DNA of 64,000 nt from Planctomycetota bacterium. GTDB lineage: Bacteria > Planctomycetota > UBA11346. Made by a program: the position numbers and the translations under genes. Shown here piece after piece: positions 1 through 9,698 of this stretch. The stretch is taken from the NCBI GenBank assembly GCA_022841245.1, contig JALHRW010000001.1:15732-79731 (forward strand), given 5' to 3'. Within the stretch, counting starts at the first letter, position 1, and every line of letters starts with the position of its first letter. The notes under the pieces were generated by a model. It searched no databases. It had not been told where the DNA came from and saw only the letters and a list, made by a program, of their open reading frames with translations.

Positions 1-1
1 C

Positions 2-160
2 ACCCTGGTCAAGGACGGCCAAGAAGTGAAGTTCTGCTGCAAGGGCTGCATCAAGTCCTTTGAGAAGGAACCCGCGAAGTACCTGAAGAAGATCACCGAC
101 GCTCCCGCCAAGACGGATGCCGCTCCGGCCGCCCCCGCCGCCGGACACGGCAACCACTAG
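2..160 (+). CDS. YHS/TRASH-like Cys-rich metal-binding protein, 3' part (cut by window edge)
   Basis: Not in ORF track. Frame 2 reads TLVKDGQEVKFCCKGCIKSFEKEPAKYLKKI...GHGNH-TAG. The FCCxxC..F...P.KY motif is typical of YHS/TRASH domains and matches the gene at 15106-15405. Confidence 0.8.
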   Translation, partial: TLVKDGQEVKFCCKGCIKSFEKEPAKYLKKITDAPAKTDAAPAAPAAGHGNH

Positions 161-180
161 CACTGACCCGCAAGGCATCC

Positions 181-357
181 ATGGACTGCTGCTCATCTGC
201 ATCCGACAAGCGCCGTGGTCTGTCGGTGCGAACCATCATCATCCTCGTCGCCGTGGTGCTGACGATCGGCATCCTGGTTGCGGGATGCGCTGACCGTGCC
301 TCCGATGCCGGTTCGCACGGCGGCGGCCATGGTGGCCACAGCAGTCACGGCCAGTGA
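181..357 (+). CDS. small His-rich lipoprotein (58 aa)
   Basis: Not in ORF track. MDCCSSASDKRRGLSVRTIIILVAVVLTIGILVAGCADRASDAGSHGGGHGGHSSHGQ: basic n-region, hydrophobic h-region, LVAGC lipobox, Gly/His tail. Confidence 0.7.
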   Translation: MDCCSSASDKRRGLSVRTIIILVAVVLTIGILVAGCADRASDAGSHGGGHGGHSSHGQ

Positions 358-360
358 CCT

Positions 361-403
361 CGTTCGGCCTGGTCACCGTGTCTTGCGGTGATCAGGCCGA
401 ACG
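361..403 (+). terminator. 18-bp stem-loop between the small lipoprotein gene and the TolC gene (terminator or mRNA-stabilising hairpin)
   Basis: cgttcggcctggtcaccg (361-378) pairs with cggtgatcaggccgaacg (386-403), one G-U pair, 7-nt loop. No clear U-tract. Confidence 0.5.
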
Positions 404-510
404 TGTAGCGTGCCTGGGCTCTGCCGCTTCTGACCGGCAGTTCTTGGGCGTGCCCAAGCATACATCGATTCTGCAGCGCTGCTGCAGGGCCTTCCGCCGA
501 AAGTCACCCC

Positions 511-1821
511 ATGCGACGTATCCTCCTTCTCGCGGTCGTCAGCACGATGCTCGGCATCGCCGCCGAGGTGCCGGCTCCAACCGGGCCGGCAGTTGCACCG
601 GTTGCCGGTGACGAAGCCGCTGCGGCGTTCCTGCAGTTCCGTGCCGCCCTGGCCAGGGCTCCGGCCATCGCCGCTGCCCGAGCCAGGGTTGCCGGAGCCG
701 AGCGGGCACAGGCTGCGGCCGGTGTCCTGCCGGATCCCATGATTGGCGGCGACATCGGTCGCGAACGCACGCGCATGGGCGAGGACATGACCATGTACGG
801 CGCGATGATCGAGCAGGCCCTGCCGAGATGGGGCGAACGCGATGCCATGCGTCAAAACGCCCAGGCCCAGGTCGGCCTCGAGGCCGCCAACGTCGCTGCG
901 GTCATCGGCGATCACGCGGCAGAGGTGGCCACGGGTGTCGCTGAATGGATGGCCGCACGCGACACCCAGGTTCTCGTCCGTCAGTCGCGGGAACGCATCA
1001 CGGCCTTGCGCGAGGTCGTCCGCGCCCGCATCGCCGCCGGCGGAGCGATGATCGGCGATCAGTTGGCGCTCGATACCAAGGCCCAGCAACTGGATCTGCA
1101 GCTGGCCGACCTGGAACGCCGGCAGGCGGATGCCATGGCCATGGTCCGCGGCCGCCTCGGTCTGCGTCCTGATGCGCCCATGCCGCCGTTTGCAGCCCCC
1201 GATCCGACCACCATCCGGGTCGAGGCCAACCCGATGGCCAGAACGGCGGCGGCCATGCAGCTCGAAGCCCAGGCGATGGAACGCGAAGCCGTGGCCCGCG
1301 GCAACCCCGAGACAGCGGTCGGCCTGTCCTGGGAGCGCGAGGCCGCCGGGACCGAGGCGCAGACCGACAAGGTTGCGCTCTCCTTCCGCATGTCGTTGCC
1401 GATCTACCGCTCGGCATATAGCGATGCGGCCGACGCCGCCCGGGCCCGCCTTCGCGCCGCCCGGCATGAGGCCAGCGGTGCCACCTGGATGGCTCGCAGC
1501 CAGGTCAGCAGGGCCCAACGGGCCGTTGCCCAGGCGCAGCAGGCGCAACGGACCGCCGATGACATTGCCGCCCGTACCCGCACGGAGTACGACGCGGTCA
1601 TCCAGCAGGTCGGCAGCGGCGGTGCCACGGTGACGATGTCGCTCAACCTGCTCGACATGATCACCGAGTCCGGCATGAACGCGGTCATGGCCCGGCTCGA
1701 CAGCCAGATGGCCCTGGCCGAACTCTGGCGACTCGCTCCTCCCGACCTGCCGACCACGTCCAGTGCCGATGACGACGACCACGCGACCGATCACCACCAG
1801 CCCCCGGCGACCACCCCATGA
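511..1821 (+). CDS. TolC/CusC-family outer membrane efflux protein
   Basis: Signal peptide, LPDPMIG motif, two long Ala/Arg-rich helical repeats, position upstream of the RND adaptor and pump. Confidence 0.85.
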   Translation: MRRILLLAVVSTMLGIAAEVPAPTGPAVAPVAGDEAAAAFLQFRAALARAPAIAAARARVAGAERAQAAAGVLPDPMIGGDIGRERTRMGEDMTMYGAMIEQALPRWGERDAMRQNAQAQVGLEAANVAAVIGDHAAEVATGVAEWMAARDTQVLVRQSRERITALREVVRARIAAGGAMIGDQLALDTKAQQLDLQLADLERRQADAMAMVRGRLGLRPDAPMPPFAAPDPTTIRVEANPMARTAAAMQLEAQAMEREAVARGNPETAVGLSWEREAAGTEAQTDKVALSFRMSLPIYRSAYSDAADAARARLRAARHEASGATWMARSQVSRAQRAVAQAQQAQRTADDIAARTRTEYDAVIQQVGSGGATVTMSLNLLDMITESGMNAVMARLDSQMALAELWRLAPPDLPTTSSADDDDHATDHHQPPATTP

Positions 1822-2270
1822 CCCGCCACCTCATCATCTTCGCCGCCTGCTTCCTGCTCGGCGCCGTCGTGACGGCCGCCATCCGCACCGTCCGCCACAA
1901 CGCCTACGAGGGGCACCAGGGATCGCATACGGTCGCCCCCGCGAGCACCGTCGACGGGCAGATGGGCCCCGCGACGCCACCTGCCGCCCCGGATCCGCAT
2001 GCCGGCCATGGCGGCCCTGCCTCGGCTCCCGCCGCCGCAGCGGTGGCTGATCCCCATGGCGGTCATGCCATGCCGGCCGCGCCTGCCGCCGGAGTACCGG
2101 TCAATACCGTCTGCGCCATCTGCGGCATGCCGGTGAACCCCAAGCTCCCGACCGCCACGTACCAGGGCAAGACCATCGGCTTCGGGTGCAAGGCCTGCCC
2201 GCCGAAGTTCGCCGCCGAGCCTGAACGCTATGGTCCCGCCGCGCTCAAGAACCAGGTCGTCGAGGAGTGA
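1818..2270 (+). CDS. membrane-anchored His-rich YHS/TRASH-like metal-binding protein
   Basis: N-terminal hydrophobic helix, DPHAGH/DPHGGH repeats, CAICGMPV...YQGKTIGFGCKAC..KFAAEPERY. ATGA overlap with upstream gene. Confidence 0.8.
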   Translation: MTRHLIIFAACFLLGAVVTAAIRTVRHNAYEGHQGSHTVAPASTVDGQMGPATPPAAPDPHAGHGGPASAPAAAAVADPHGGHAMPAAPAAGVPVNTVCAICGMPVNPKLPTATYQGKTIGFGCKACPPKFAAEPERYGPAALKNQVVEE

Positions 2271-3595
2271 CCATGCCTATCCAGCGATCGTGGAATGCCT
2301 GGATGAGCGCCGCGGCGGGTCTCGCCGTCGGTTCGGTCCTGATCGTCGCCATCCCTACGGGCACCTTCTTCGTCCCGCATGACCGGACCGATGCGGAAGC
2401 ACCGACCGGTGAGCGGTGGGCCTGTCCGATGATGGACTTCATCGGCCACAAGCCGGGGAGCTGCCCGGTGTGCGGCATGAAGATGGAGCGGGTCACGGCT
2501 GGTGATCTGACGCGTGAACAGCAGCGCCGCATGGGCACCAGGACAGCGACGGTCACGGCCGGACCGGCGAGCGTCGTCGTCCGCGCCTATGGCGCCGCCG
2601 AGTACGACGAGCGCTTCTCCCAGGTCGTGATCAGCCGCATCAGCGGGCGCATCGTCAAACGCCATGACGCGACCTTCGGCTGCTGCCAGGAGGTCCTGCT
2701 CGGCGATCCGATCATCGATGTCTACAGTCCGGAGGCCTATCAGGCGCAGGGCGAACTCGCTGCCGCGATCCGCTCCGGCAACGCCGATCTGGCAGCCGCC
2801 ATCGCGGAGCGCTTCACGCGCTGGAACCTGCGCCACGTCGCGGATGCGATCAAGGCCGGCAAGCCGCCGACCGACACGGTGACGATCTACAGCCCGGCGG
2901 CGGGCCAGGCCTATCTCGAGGACCAGGACATGGTCAACACGACGCTCATGGTCGGCAGCGAGGTCGCGGCGGACATGCCGCTGATCAAGCTGGTCGATCC
3001 GCGTCGCCTGACCCTGGTCTTCCATGTGCCCGAGCCGCGTGTCCATTTCCTGCGCGCCGGTCAGCGGGTGCGCCTGTCCAGCGACGACATGGGCGAGCTG
3101 CCGGAGATCGACGCCGTCATCGGCCGCGTGGCCAACGAGCTGAATCCCGAGATCCGGGCCCGGGAAGTGCGCATCCATCTGTCCGATGGCCGCAAGCGCA
3201 TCCTCCCCGGTTCGCTGCTCAACGGCCGCATCCAGGCGGTGCTGGGAGCCGATCTCACACCGGCCGATCCTGCTGACCAGTCGACCTGGGGCACCTTCCC
3301 GCAGGTGCCCAAGACCGCCATCCTCTCGACCGGCGTCCGCCACATCGCGTGGCGGGTGAAGAGCCGCAAGACCGATGGCTCGGTGCAGTTCGAGCCGGTG
3401 ACCGTAGCCCTGGGACCCCGGTTGGAGGACGAGGCCGGCAACGACCGCTACGTCATCCGGGCCGGGCTGCAGCCGGGCGATGAGGTCGCCACCCAGGCGC
3501 TCTTCCTGATCGACAGCCAGGCCCAGCTCGCCGGCTCGGCGTCGCTCCTGTTCCCCGACGGGTCGGTGAACACCGCACCCGCACACCAGCACTGA
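2267..3595 (+). CDS. cusB: CusB-like RND periplasmic adaptor with heavy-metal-binding domain
   Basis: WACPMM...PGSCPVCGMKM heavy-metal-binding motif, YSPE hairpin, C-terminal GLQPGDEV..QALFLIDSQAQL typical of CusB. Confidence 0.88.
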   Translation: MTMPIQRSWNAWMSAAAGLAVGSVLIVAIPTGTFFVPHDRTDAEAPTGERWACPMMDFIGHKPGSCPVCGMKMERVTAGDLTREQQRRMGTRTATVTAGPASVVVRAYGAAEYDERFSQVVISRISGRIVKRHDATFGCCQEVLLGDPIIDVYSPEAYQAQGELAAAIRSGNADLAAAIAERFTRWNLRHVADAIKAGKPPTDTVTIYSPAAGQAYLEDQDMVNTTLMVGSEVAADMPLIKLVDPRRLTLVFHVPEPRVHFLRAGQRVRLSSDDMGELPEIDAVIGRVANELNPEIRAREVRIHLSDGRKRILPGSLLNGRIQAVLGADLTPADPADQSTWGTFPQVPKTAILSTGVRHIAWRVKSRKTDGSVQFEPVTVALGPRLEDEAGNDRYVIRAGLQPGDEVATQALFLIDSQAQLAGSASLLFPDGSVNTAPAHQH

Positions 3596-3601
3596 GTCGC
3601 C

Positions 3602-6600
3602 ATGATCGCCTGGTTCATCCGCAACTGGATGGTCACGCTGGCCATCACCATCGCCTTGGGTGTGGCCGGACTCTGGTCGTGGACCAAGGTGCCCGTCGAC
3701 GCCATTCCCGATCTCTCCGACAATCAGGTCATCGTCTGGGCCGAATGGCCCGGCAAATCGCCCGAGGACATCGATGAGCAGGTGACGCGCCGCCTGGCCC
3801 GTGAACTCCAGGGCCTCCCCGGCGTCAACGTCGTGCGCGGCATGTCCCTGTTCGGGACCAGCTACGTCTACGTCATCTTCGACGAGGATCGTGACCTGTA
3901 CGACTGCCGGACCCGCACCCTGGAGCGCCTGTCGCAGATCCAGGGCCTGCTGCCTGCCGGCGTCCAGGCCAAGCTCGGCCCCGACGCCACCGCCATGGGG
4001 CAGGTCTTCGCCTTCACGCTGCAGGGCCCGGCCGACGTCGAGCGCAAGCGCTTCATCCTCGATCAGGTCGTCGTTCCCGCCCTGCAAGGCGTGCGGGGCG
4101 TCTCCGAGGTCGCTCCGGCCGGTGGCGTGGTGCGCGAATACCAGATCGACATCGATCCGACCCGGCTGGAGGAGCAGGGCATCACCACCATGATGCTGAT
4201 GGACGCGGTGAAGGCGGCCGGGCGCGACGTCGGCGCCATGTCGATCGAGCAGTCCGGTATCGAGACGATGATCCGTGGACGCGGCTTCATCCGCTCGGTC
4301 GCCGATGTCGAGAACATCGTCATCCAGGGGAATGCCCAGCAGAGCGCCGGCCTGCTGCTGGGCGACATCGCCGAGGTCCATCTGGGCGGCGCTGTCCGTC
4401 AGGGCCTGCTCGCCGATCAATCCGGCGAGCAGGTCGGCGCCGTCGTCGCCATGCGCGTCGGCGAGGACCCCAAGACCGTCATCGGGGCGGTGAAGCAGCG
4501 CCTCAACGCGCTGTCCACGACGCTCGGCAAGGACGGCCTGGTCGCGGTGCCCTTCTACGACCGGTCGCAGCTCATCCTGGAGACCAACCAGACCCTGGCC
4601 CGGGTGCTCATCGAGGAACTGATCGTCACCTGCCTGGTCATCGTCATCTTCATGCTGCATGCCCGCGCCAGCCTGACGGTGGCGCTGGCCCTGCCCCTGG
4701 GCGTGCTGTCGACCTTCCTGGCCATGCATCTGGTCGGCATGTCCGCGAACATCATGAGCCTGGCCGGCATCGCCATCGCCATCGGCGTGATGGTCGATTT
4801 CGGCATCGTGGTGTGCGAGAACGTCACCCAGCATCTGGTCCTGCTCAAGGAGCGGCGCCATCGCGAGGGCAGGCCGCCGCCCAGTTCGCCGATGGATCCC
4901 GAGGTCGTCGATGCGGTCATCGCCGGAACCACCGAGGTGTCCCGCGCCCTGCTCACCGCCGCCGCGACGACCATCATCAGCTTCATCCCCATCTTCCTGC
5001 TCGATGACCAGGCCGGCCGGCTGTTCAAGCCGCTGGCGGCGACCAAGACGCTGGCGATCGGGGCCGCGGTCATCTTCGGCATGCTGCTCGTCCCGGTGCT
5101 GTGCCGGCTGCTGCTGCCGCCGTGGCAGACGCGCAAGCCGCTGATCCTCGCGTTCGCCGGATCGCTCGCCGGCATCGTGTTCATGATCCTGCTGCCCGAA
5201 GGGCTGCGCATCCCGCTCGACCACGGCCGGTGGGCGGTGGTCCTGCCCGGCCTCATCGCCGCGCCGCTGGGTGCGGTTCTCGCCGCCTACGCCGTCTGGC
5301 GTCTGGGTCGCGAGGAACTGGTCAGCTATGAGGAGAACCCGATCAGCCACGGCATCGCCATCGCCTACGACTGGGCGCTGACCCGCATGCTGCGCCACAA
5401 GGTCGCCTTCAGCGTGACCATCGCCTCGTTCGCCCTGTTCGGCTGGATGCTCGGCACCGGCTGGTCGACGGTGAGCTGGCCGCTGCGGCAGGGCTTCGCC
5501 CTGATCGGCGCCGACATCACCCAGACCCGCTTCGATGCCGCCATGCGCCACGCCTTCCCCGGCATTGGCGCCAGCTTCCTGCCGCCCCTCGACGAGGGTT
5601 CGCTGCTGTTCATGCCGTCGGTGCCGGCCACCGCCGGCCTCGGCGAGACGCAGCGGGTGATGATGCAGCAGAACAAGGCCATCGCCTCGGTGCCGGAGGT
5701 GGCTGCCCTGATGGGCAAGATGGGCCGCGCCGAAACCGCCCTCGATCCGGCGCCGATCGGCATGATCGAGACCGTCGTGCTGCTCAAGCCCTATCACGAG
5801 TGGCCGGTGCATGAGATCACCCTGCCGGACGGCAGCACGCAGACGCGACCGCGGACGCTGGCCGAGGTGCGCCAGGCCCTGGCAGCCGCCAGCGACATCC
5901 CCGGCGTCGCACCGAGCTGGCTGCAGCCGATCGAGACGCGCGTGGTCATGTTGTCGACCGGCATCCGTTCGCTGATGGCCCTGCAGATCCTGGGCGATGA
6001 TCAGGCGGCCTTGGAGAACTTCGCAGAACAGGCCGAGAAGGTCGTGCAACGCGTCCCCGGCGCGGCCGATGTGCAGATGCAGCGCGAGGGTGGCAAGCCC
6101 TACGCCGAGATCCGCCTGGACGAACGCAAGATGGCGCGCTTCGGCATCACCGCCGAACAGCTCCTGTCGACCGTCGAATCGGCCCTGGGCGGCATGCCGA
6201 TCATCACCTCGGTGGAAGGCACGCTGCGCTACAACGTGCGCATCCGCTATCCGCGTGAGCGCCGCGACGATGCCGACGAGTTCGCGCAGCTCCAGGTGCC
6301 GGTTGCGGCAGGACACGGCGCCATCGCCCTGAACCTGCTCACGGCCTCGCCGACGGTCTACACCCTGCGCTTCGACGGCATCACTCCCGAGGCGTGGCGG
6401 AAGGGCCAATCGCTGACCATCGGACGCAACCTGACCCCGCTGTCACCGACGCTGGCCGAGTTGACGATTCCGGCAGGCGATCCGCTGCCATCCGGCGTCG
6501 TCGATCCTCTGGCGGTCCTGGCTCCAGGCGTGACCGCACCACCTCCCGGACCGGTCACGGTCATCGCCAAACGCGACGACCCCCATGCCGTCACCTGGAC

Positions 6601-7375
6601 GATCGGTCCGATGGCGATCCGCAGCGAGGGCGGCAAGCGCACCCAGTATGTCCTGCTCAACGCCAGCGGCCGTGCCGAGGTCGAGGTCGTGCGCGAGGCC
6701 GACCGCATGCTGCAGGAGGCGATCACGCGGGGTGAACTGGCCTTGCCCGCCGGCGCGACCTACCGCTGGGTCGGGCGCTTCGAGCAGAAGATGAAGGCCG
6801 ATCAGACCATGACCTGGGTCATCGGCATGGCGATGGGGGTCATGCTGGTGCTGATCCTCTGGGGTACGCGGTCGCTGCTGACCACCTCGATCATCATCAC
6901 CTGCAACGTCACGGTGACGACGGCGGGTGGGTTCATAGCCGTCTATCTGTACGGCGCCGAGATGACCACGGCGGTGATCGTCGGCTTCCTGGTGCTGCTC
7001 GGCGTCATGTTCAACGACGGCATCCTGCTGGGCACCTACCTCCACGACCTGTTCAAGGTCGCACCGACGACCATCCCCGATGTCCACCAGCGCGTCTTCC
7101 AGGCCGGCCTGCGCCGCCGCCGTCCGGCGATCATGACCAACTGCACGACCCTGCTGGCGCTGATCCCGATCCTGTGGAGCGACGGACGCGGGGCCGAACT
7201 GATGCGTCCGATGGTCCTGCCGGTGATCGGCGGCATGCTCGCCGACTACATCAGCCTGTTCAGCGTTCCCGTCTTCTACGCCTGGTGGTGGGAGCGGAAA
7301 CTGAAGCGGCAGGCGGCGTTGGCGACACCCTCGTCGCCATCGCCCGCACCCGATGCGGATCCGACCGGGACATGA
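3602..7375 (+). CDS. cusA: CusA/CzcA-family heavy-metal RND efflux permease
   Basis: PVDAIPDLSDNQVIV, LGPDATAMGQVF, ANIMSLAGIAIAIGVMVD, FLPPLDEGSLLFMP, GRAETALDPAP are hallmark CusA motifs. Confidence 0.95.
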   Translation: MIAWFIRNWMVTLAITIALGVAGLWSWTKVPVDAIPDLSDNQVIVWAEWPGKSPEDIDEQVTRRLARELQGLPGVNVVRGMSLFGTSYVYVIFDEDRDLYDCRTRTLERLSQIQGLLPAGVQAKLGPDATAMGQVFAFTLQGPADVERKRFILDQVVVPALQGVRGVSEVAPAGGVVREYQIDIDPTRLEEQGITTMMLMDAVKAAGRDVGAMSIEQSGIETMIRGRGFIRSVADVENIVIQGNAQQSAGLLLGDIAEVHLGGAVRQGLLADQSGEQVGAVVAMRVGEDPKTVIGAVKQRLNALSTTLGKDGLVAVPFYDRSQLILETNQTLARVLIEELIVTCLVIVIFMLHARASLTVALALPLGVLSTFLAMHLVGMSANIMSLAGIAIAIGVMVDFGIVVCENVTQHLVLLKERRHREGRPPPSSPMDPEVVDAVIAGTTEVSRALLTAAATTIISFIPIFLLDDQAGRLFKPLAATKTLAIGAAVIFGMLLVPVLCRLLLPPWQTRKPLILAFAGSLAGIVFMILLPEGLRIPLDHGRWAVVLPGLIAAPLGAVLAAYAVWRLGREELVSYEENPISHGIAIAYDWALTRMLRHKVAFSVTIASFALFGWMLGTGWSTVSWPLRQGFALIGADITQTRFDAAMRHAFPGIGASFLPPLDEGSLLFMPSVPATAGLGETQRVMMQQNKAIASVPEVAALMGKMGRAETALDPAPIGMIETVVLLKPYHEWPVHEITLPDGSTQTRPRTLAEVRQALAAASDIPGVAPSWLQPIETRVVMLSTGIRSLMALQILGDDQAALENFAEQAEKVVQRVPGAADVQMQREGGKPYAEIRLDERKMARFGITAEQLLSTVESALGGMPIITSVEGTLRYNVRIRYPRERRDDADEFAQLQVPVAAGHGAIALNLLTASPTVYTLRFDGITPEAWRKGQSLTIGRNLTPLSPTLAELTIPAGDPLPSGVVDPLAVLAPGVTAPPPGPVTVIAKRDDPHAVTWTIGPMAIRSEGGKRTQYVLLNASGRAEVEVVREADRMLQEAITRGELALPAGATYRWVGRFEQKMKADQTMTWVIGMAMGVMLVLILWGTRSLLTTSIIITCNVTVTTAGGFIAVYLYGAEMTTAVIVGFLVLLGVMFNDGILLGTYLHDLFKVAPTTIPDVHQRVFQAGLRRRRPAIMTNCTTLLALIPILWSDGRGAELMRPMVLPVIGGMLADYISLFSVPVFYAWWWERKLKRQAALATPSSPSPAPDADPTGT

Positions 7376-7382
7376 GGCGTGG

Positions 7383-9698
7383 ATGATCCTTCCGGGACAT
7401 CAGAAGGCCGACGCACGCGCCCCAGCCGGGCGGTCGGACGACGTACCCGTAACACGGTCGTCTGAATCGGCCGTGGAACCAGCAGCGCCCACTCCAGCGG
7501 AAATCGCTGCCTATCTGAGCGGTTCGCTGCCCAAAGAGCGTTTCACCGCGATCGATCAGTGGCTCGAGCGCATGCCCGAAGACGAGGTCACCCGTCTCCT
7601 GGAGGACGCCGAGTCACGCATGCCATCAGTACGGGTGGACATGCCGCAGGCGTCTCCACCCGATCCCGGCTTCATCGCTGATCCATCCCGCTCACGGCTG
7701 CACACCAGAGAGGTCATCGGCGAAGGCGGCATGGCCGTCGTGCAGCGGGCTGCCGACAAGTCGCTGGAGCGCGAAGTCGCCCTGAAGGTGCTCAAACCGC
7801 GCGGGGTCGATGAGAGCCTGGATCACTACTATCTGCGCGCCCACGCCTTCCGGCGCGAAGCGGCTCTGACCGCATCCTTGGAGCATCCAGCGATCCCGCC
7901 GGTCTATGACATCGGACGTGCCGATGGGCGTCCGGCCTTCACCATGAAGCGCCTGAGCGGCTGTCCGCTTGATGAGCGCCTGCGTGGCGAACCGTCCCCA
8001 GCCATCGCCCTGGTCGAGGTCTTCCTGCGTGCCGTCGAGGCCATCGCCTTCGCGCATAGCCGCGGGATCGTGCATCGGGATCTCACGCCGGCCAATGTCC
8101 TGGTGGCCGATTTCGGCGCGGTCTATGTGCTCGATTGGGGAGTCGCCGCCCGGATCGGCGAGGGCGATGGCGTCCGGGTCGGTACGCCGGCCTGGATGGC
8201 CCCGGAGCAGGCCATGGGCGCACCGGCCGATCCACGGATGGATGTCTTCGCCATCGGCGCCTTGCTGCATCTGGTGCTGACGGGGCAGGGACCGCGTCCC
8301 GATCCCGGCCGGCCGGGCCTGCTCGACCTCGACCGACTGCATGACCGGAACATCCCCCGTGGGTTGGCGGCAGTTGTCCGGCGTTGCCTGGCCGAGCCGG
8401 CTCAGCGCTACCCTGATGGGGGAGCCGTCGTGGCGGAACTGCGGCGCTGGCTCGATGAGGGCATCACCGTCGCTCAGGAGGCAGGGCGGTTCGAACGGGC
8501 ATGGCTCAGGGTGCGGCGTTCCAAGCAGATGCGCATGGCTGTCGGATCCGCCATGCTCCTCATCGCCGTGGTCAGCGGAGCCTGGCTGCTCCACACCCAC
8601 GATGCCGAGCAGGCTGCCATCCAGCGGGTGGAGCGCATTGCCGCCGCCGTGGACCTGAACCGTCCTGACGCCATACGGGTCGCGCAGACCGAGGTGGAGT
8701 CGCTGGTGGTGTCGCACCCCCGTCTGGAGCAGGCACGCGCACTCGCCGAGCGTCTGCGCGCCGCCCGCGATGTGCTGGCGCAGCAGACACGGCTGGTCGA
8801 GCAGCGCATGCGCTTCCGCCAGTTGCTCGATCATGTCCGGCGCACGGGCCCGTGGCCTGGCGAATCGCAGGAATGGCGGACCGCCCTGACTGCGGTCGGC
8901 ATCGATCTGGTCGGCACCTCAGCGCTCCCGTCGTGGCATGACCATCCCCTGGCGCACGACATCGCCGAATCGCTGGTCTGGGCGTGGCGCGCCGCGGCGG
9001 AACGGGACCAGTCCAGCGAGGCCCAACGGGCAGCGCAGGCTCTCGCTACCAGCGGGCCGACACCGGGTTGGCGGGCGCTGGGACGAATCTGCGCTGTCAG
9101 TCGCTTCCAGGCCCATGACCCGGCGGTCCCGATCGGTCCTGATGCCGATGCGGCCCTGGCCGAGCCCGACAGCGCTGGCGCCGTCATGGCCGCATTCGCT
9201 CCCAATGCAGCCATCAATACGCGGGCTTGGGAGGTGCTGCAGGATCGGCCCGGTGACTTCTGGCCCTTGATCGCTGCAGGGCGGGCGGCTTTGGCCCAGC
9301 AGGACCTGCATAGTGCGCAGCACCTGGGTTTGGTCGCCAGCGGAGCCGAGCCCGACAGCATGTATCCGCCGTTGATCCTCGCATACGAGGCCTTGGCCCG
9401 TGGCGATGCGGCAGACCTGTCCCGGGCGGTCGGACGCGGACTGCGCATCAATCCCGATCACACCGAGTTCCAGGCCCTGCAGGCCGTCACCCTGGCGCGC
9501 GGTGGTCATCGCGACGATGCGCAAACGGTCATCGATCGGATCGGTCCGGCGCATCTCCAGTACCATCTCCAGCATCGCGTCGGTCATCCCATGGAGCGGA
9601 CGGTCGATGCCCTGGTGCAGGCGGGCCTGCACATCCCTGCGGTCGCTCCCGACCTGGGTCCCGTCGTACCGGATGGGCAACGGCATCGGCATCACTGA
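7383..9698 (+). CDS. membrane-bound Hanks-type Ser/Thr protein kinase with helical/TPR-like extracytoplasmic region
   Basis: IGEGGMAVV, VALKVL, HRDLTPANVL, DWG, GTPAWMAPEQ, DVFAIG, then one TM helix. Start uncertain (ATG 7353, ATG 7383 or GTG 7473). Confidence 0.9.
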   Translation: MILPGHQKADARAPAGRSDDVPVTRSSESAVEPAAPTPAEIAAYLSGSLPKERFTAIDQWLERMPEDEVTRLLEDAESRMPSVRVDMPQASPPDPGFIADPSRSRLHTREVIGEGGMAVVQRAADKSLEREVALKVLKPRGVDESLDHYYLRAHAFRREAALTASLEHPAIPPVYDIGRADGRPAFTMKRLSGCPLDERLRGEPSPAIALVEVFLRAVEAIAFAHSRGIVHRDLTPANVLVADFGAVYVLDWGVAARIGEGDGVRVGTPAWMAPEQAMGAPADPRMDVFAIGALLHLVLTGQGPRPDPGRPGLLDLDRLHDRNIPRGLAAVVRRCLAEPAQRYPDGGAVVAELRRWLDEGITVAQEAGRFERAWLRVRRSKQMRMAVGSAMLLIAVVSGAWLLHTHDAEQAAIQRVERIAAAVDLNRPDAIRVAQTEVESLVVSHPRLEQARALAERLRAARDVLAQQTRLVEQRMRFRQLLDHVRRTGPWPGESQEWRTALTAVGIDLVGTSALPSWHDHPLAHDIAESLVWAWRAAAERDQSSEAQRAAQALATSGPTPGWRALGRICAVSRFQAHDPAVPIGPDADAALAEPDSAGAVMAAFAPNAAINTRAWEVLQDRPGDFWPLIAAGRAALAQQDLHSAQHLGLVASGAEPDSMYPPLILAYEALARGDAADLSRAVGRGLRINPDHTEFQALQAVTLARGGHRDDAQTVIDRIGPAHLQYHLQHRVGHPMERTVDALVQAGLHIPAVAPDLGPVVPDGQRHRHH

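Noticed and set aside
2228-6409. 1393-aa minus-strand ORF and similar long ORFs (373-1797, 30007-32484, 33063-34757, 34827-36821, 48033-51659, 58737-60470)
   Set aside because: Antisense shadows of well-supported genes. High-GC codon bias leaves few stops on the opposite strand, and the translations have no motifs.
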